64,000 nucleotides of DNA from a virus, in IMG/VR virus record IMGVR_UViG_3300033186_000039, positions 1 to 64,000 of that record; one strand, written 5' to 3'. The translations under genes and the position numbers were made by a program. This document shows, piece after piece, positions 55,901-61,900 of the stretch (position 1 is its first letter; every line of letters begins with the position of its first letter). Under the pieces are notes generated by a model. That model saw only the letters and a program-made list of their open reading frames with translations. It did not search any database and had not been told where the DNA came from.

Positions 55901-58900
55901 ATGAGCTTTGTCGGTGGCATGGCATTGGGTTTCGCCGCAGAAATGGCATTGATGTTTGCCTTCCAGTGGGTGATGGAGAATTGGGACGATATTGTTCTTA
56001 AATGGGAAAACATCTGGTACACGCTACAAAAAACGTTCAGCACCACTAAAAACAACATTATCTCGACATGGGAACAAGTCAAAACCTACCTTAACGCCAA
56101 TCTTGGTTTTGATGGCTTCAGTTATGGCGCAGCCCTAATCAAGACATTTGTACAGGGCATTCTGTCAAAAGGCGGAGAAATTTGGGGTGCTATCGTTGCG
56201 TTGTTTACACAGTACATTACCCCGCTGATGCCACACAGTCCTGCTGAACAAGGCCCCCTGTCAAATTTATTGATTTGGGGCGAGATGCTAATTGTGACAT
56301 TAGCGGAAGGCATCCGTAGCGCAAGCCATGTTTTAGTTGAAAGTTTGTTTTGGGTATTTAGTTATTTATTGACATTGGTGCCACAGCAAGCCCAAGCGGT
56401 CGCGGGTGGGTTTTTATTGGCATTTGGTCAACGCCTAACCGAAAACGATGTTAAGTTGTTTGACGGCGTGGCGGACGGTCTATACGCGGTGCTGGCAATT
56501 GAAATGCAGCGCGTATTCGGCATGAACAATCCCGTGGTCAATATGGTGAAAAATTTCATGTTGACCATAGGGGGATTGCTCAATTCGTTACCTGAACCCG
56601 TGCGCAATATGAGCAAAGCGTTAATCGTAGAACTATCTGCGATTACCTTCCTGCCTAAAATATTAGAAATATCAACCGCTACCATCATCAAGTTCAGCAA
56701 TGCGCTGCGTACCATATACGAATTAGTTCCCAGTTTGAGCAAGCCTTTCGCGTTACTTGGCAGCAAATTGACTGACCTGAGCGCTGCATTTAAAAACATC
56801 CAAAATGAGCTTAACTTCACGCAATGGGTATCACGTCAAGTTGTCACACCGCTGACCCATGCTTACCGCGTTGTACAGTCTTTTGCTCAAGGCGTCAGCG
56901 AATTTGCTCAATCGTTTTCTGATAGCTGGAAAAATACTGCTGAGCCAATCCGTAAGCTGGTCAAAGGCTTGTCAACTGACATGGGTGTTTTGCTGATTGC
57001 AACTATGGCATTTGGGGCTGTACCCGCAATGTATATTGCCTTAGCCGTCGCCGTAGGCAAAGCGGCTTATGCATTCAAAGACGAATTGTACGGCGCAATC
57101 ATGGCAGTTGTCGATTGGTGGGATTCGCTATCTGATACCAACAAGATGTTGATTACGATAACGGTAAGCATTGCCTCAGTTGGATTGGCATTAAAAGCCT
57201 TAATCCCGATTATTGCGTTAGCATTTAAGCTCACACCGCTACAACTATGGGCAGCGCGATTAAGTGTCTTATTCACGCTAATTTCTACGTTCTCGACAGA
57301 AATCAAAGCCGCAGCACAATGGTTGACGGACTTCTTCACCAATCCACTACAACCCGCCCAATCCATGACGGATTTACTGGCACGGTTTGGTGTGGGTATC
57401 ACCGCCGTCGTGGTAGCGTACAAACTACTCAGCACTACCATATTCATGGGCAATGCGGCTATCAGCACAGCAATTGGCATGTACAAATTGTGGCTGGTTC
57501 AAACCCAAGCCCAAACCGCTGCCACAGGCGCGCTCGCCACCGCCACCAAACTATTAAAAGTTTCTTTAGGGCTGTTACTGGTCGCTTTCGCCGCCTTTGA
57601 ACTCGGCAAACTCATTGCTGAAATGGAATGGTGGCAACAACAAAGCGATTTAGTTAAAGCCAGTATTATCGGCTTAACTGCCGTCCTCACTGCCAGTTAT
57701 GTCACATGGCGATTGATGCCAACGATTATGACCGCTTGGAGAGTTGCTACCACTGCGTTAAGTGCAGCCAAATCAGTATTGGCGACACGCCTGATTGCAG
57801 CAACACTGCTGGTTAGTAGCTACAGCGCATCCACCAAACTCGCTGTTATCGCCACAAACACAATGGCGGTCGCATCACGCGCTGCGGGTGTAGCGTTAGC
57901 CGTATTAGCCAGCCCGATTACATTAACCGTTGCCGCCGTTGCAGGCGCAACGGCTGCTTTAGTCTTGCTCTACCAACACCTAGACGACGTGCGAGAGTTC
58001 ATCAACTCGCAATGGGCGGGATTGGGTACGTTATTGACTGCCCCGATTGAAGCCATTGGTGATATGGTGATCAACACAGGCACAGCAATCGGCGAAGCCA
58101 TTGGCGCAATCTCCACAGGACAATTCAGCGACTTAGGCGGCATTTGGGCAAATTCCCTGATAGGCGGGTTCAACATCTTCGGCGAATTGCTCTACAACCT
58201 CATCACAGGCGCATTCACCATGTTGACAGGCATTGAGATGCCAGCATGGGAAAACTTTAATCCATTTACGGGCTTGTGGGAAACCGCCAACCAACAAGTC
58301 ATTAAAATCCGCGTTAGCTTTGGTCAATTTGTCCAGTGGGCGTTAAGAGAGATGGCATCGCTCATGGTCTATTCCTCAAGAGTTGCGTTTTTCCTTGGTA
58401 AAGGCGACGACATGATTGAGGGCGCACAGGTGCTGCGCAATGCGGCGAATGCGATTGGGCGGGATAATAGAAAGCTTTTGGAGGAAAATGCCAAAGGCAT
58501 TCCTGATGCAATCGCTAGTGGAATTAGCCAAAACGCACACAAAGTCGCTGACGAAACTGAGAAGATGATGAATGCGGCGGATAAAAAACTGCCTCACTCG
58601 CTCCCCGTCGAAGGCGACATGGCGAGTGCTGATGGTGGTGGTATTCCCGCAGCGATTGGCGAACAGATTGCGGTGAATGGACACAAGATCTCGGACGCGC
58701 TGGAAGGCGTGATGAACAATGCTGCAATGCAACTCAGCGGCGAACAAGTCAAGGCGGTAGCGAAAGCAGGCGCAAGCCAAATCAGCGACGCGGTGGGTAT
58801 GCTGGGCAACTTGGATTTTAAAGCCGCGCTTGACCAAACCAAGCAGGCGTTAGAGCAGGCAAGTATTCATTTAATGCTGGGCAAAATTGCCGCTGGTGCT

Positions 58901-61900
58901 GAATTAACCAAAGACTCGCTGGACACATTAAGTCTTGACCAACTGAAAAAACTGCAAGAAGAAGCCGCGAATCTGTCCAAAGAACAAGCCAAAGAAGGTG
59001 CAAATGCAATCAGCATGGCGGCATCGCAAAACGTGGTGATGTTGAATGAATTTGTCAAACAAAAAGAACAACTCGCAGCGGAGGCAAAACAAGGCTCAAC
59101 TGACTTAATGACGCAAATGACCACTGATGTCAAAGACATGTCTACTCAGGCGCAAAAGTTCTTCCGTAAAATTAAAGGTGAAATCGAGGAAATAAGAGAG
59201 AAAACCAAAAACGTTGGCTTAAATGAGGATAAAATCCGTTTGCGAGACCTTGAAGAATCCATGAAAAATGGTTCTAAGGCGTGGGTTTCCTGGTTTGATA
59301 CCAAAGGCATCCCAGAAGAACAAGCGCAAGTCGAACTTAAAAAAATGAAGTTAATGGTAGCGCAAAAAGCGATTGAAGCTGAAAATTTACGGCTTAAAGA
59401 AGAGCAGAACAAGCTAGTCACAGAGGAAGAAAAGAAACGCGAATACATCAACTCGCTACTGAAAGACGGCACTGAAGAGCAGCGAAAACAAGTTGCAGAA
59501 ATGAAAGCGCGTGAAGCGCAAATTAAGGAAGTGCAAAAGCAACGCGAAGCCGAAAAGAAAGCGGCGCAAGAAATCACTCAAGCCCAAGAGGGCCTCACTA
59601 AGGCTTTGGCAGATTCGCAACTTGCGTTGCAAACAGCACAAATGACGGAATTGGAAAAAGAACGTCTACAACTTAAACAGCAATACGTCAAATTGAACGA
59701 TGCTGAATCTAAGCAAATGCTGGCGCAACTTATTGCCAACAAAGAGCAAGCCAAAATCCAAAAAGCATTGTTCGACGCCAAGCAAGCCACGCTGTTCGCT
59801 GGCATGACCGATGCGCAAAAAGAGTTTTATCAACTCACCAAGGAGATTGGCAAGGAAAACGCCGCGATTGTTGCGCAAGAACGAGTTAAAGCCGACATCA
59901 TCAAAAAAACCCGTGACCTGCAAACCAAAATTGACACTATGGGCATGTCTGATGCGCAGAAGCAGCGTTATGAGTTTGAGCAACAATATGGCGAAGCATT
60001 GGGCGCAAACGTGAAGCAGTTTGCAGAGCAATACGAAAAAACTTTGCAAATGATTGCCTCACAAAAAGAATTGGCGAAGGTGCGAGAGCAGCTTTATGCC
60101 GCAGGGATGAATGCCAAGCAGCGCGAATACTTTGAACTGATGAAACAAGTCGGGGTTGAAACCGCCGACCAAATCATCCGTGAGAAAGAACTCGCCGCAC
60201 AACGCCAAGCAGGTCAAGAAAAAATTGACAAGCTGCAACATGAAATTGACTTAAAAACCAAGCTGACTGCACAGGAGCGGGAACGTTACGAGTTAATTAA
60301 AGATGTTGCGCCAGAACAATGGGATCAAGTCGTTGCACTAGATACACAAAAGAAAGCTTTAGAAGAAAACAATAAGCAGTGGGATAGCGCGATTGATAAG
60401 GCGGGGGATTACTGGGGCAAGATGGCGTCAGGTCAAATGGATTTTGACGACGGATTCAAGGGTATGGTGAAAGACCTTCAGCAGTCGTTCCAGCAACAAC
60501 TCGCAGACCAAGCCAAAGCTGAATTTAAAGCGTTATTCGGCATCGGAGATAACGGTGCGCAACTGGATAACGAAGAAATCATGAATAAAATGTCTTCATC
60601 ACTGGATGAAAACATTAAAACCGCCGCCAAAGCGTATGATGATTACACTCAAAGAGTTGAAAACGCCACCAATGACGCTGGCGACAAGATGGCGCAGGCA
60701 ATTGATAAACTGCAATCGGGACTAAAGGATGCTTTAAGCACGCTCAATACGGGTGTTGCTGCGGCAGTGACTGAGGGCGTCGAGAAAGCACGCAAAGTAA
60801 CTAATTCAGATGTTAATTTTGCGCCAGTGGAACGCGGCAAGGCAGACTACAACCAAAATGAAATCATCAACATTGTCGGCAGCACTGCGCAACAACACGG
60901 CATTGACCCTGTTGACTTTATTAAGTTTGCCAAAGTTGAAAGCAATTTTAACGAGAGAGCGCAAGCCAGTTTAAGTTCTGCAAAAGGACTGTTCCAGTTT
61001 GTTGACAGCACTGCCAAGCAGTACGGCATCATGGGTAAACAGTTTGACCCATTTGAAAATGCTAACGCGGCTGCTGAGCTATACAAAGACAACTTAAAAA
61101 CCATCAAAAAATTACAAGGTGAAGTCAAGGACATGGACGTAGTGGACATGTACTTGATGCACCAGCAGGGCGTGGGTGGCTACAACAAACTAAGCAAAGT
61201 TGCTGATGGCGCAGGCAATTTTAATGCGTCGCAACGCAAAAACCTCATCAATAATGCCCACGGCGATTTGCGCAGCCAGATGCCACAAATGGACGACACC
61301 ACGCTCGCTAACGCATTTATTGATTACTGGAAACAGCGTTTTGATGCAATTCAACTACCTGAGATTGACGGCAAGCCGCTAGAAGTTGCGGTTCAACAGC
61401 AATCTGCTGCTACGCAGGCTAGCGTGCAGTCTACGCAAATGCAATCGCAAGCGGCGCAGATGAGTGCCAGTGCACAGGCACAAACAGCGCAGGCAGCACA
61501 AATGAATGCGACGGCACAAAGCCAGTCCGCTGTCGCCATTTCACAAGCCGCCCAATTCATGATAACAACAGGTGGTGCAATTGCCAGCAAAGTCTCTTCC
61601 GCTATGGGCGGTATCGCTGGTGCGGCACAACGCATGACCAGTGGCAAAGGCGGCATTGTTGGCGCAATTAATGGCTTATTTGGAGGTAGCTCTGGTGGTG
61701 ACGCCGCTGCAAAAGCGGCACAGGCTAGCAGCACGGGTTTTTTCAGCAGTATTGGCGATTTCTTTAGCGGCATAAAAAGCAATGTCAGCAGTTTCTTTTC
61801 TCCGATTACGGATGCGGTAAAAGGCTTTTCTAGCACTGTAAAAAGTGGCATCAACAGCATAACCGAAAGTATTGGACTTGGGGAAGTTTTTGGCAGCAGT

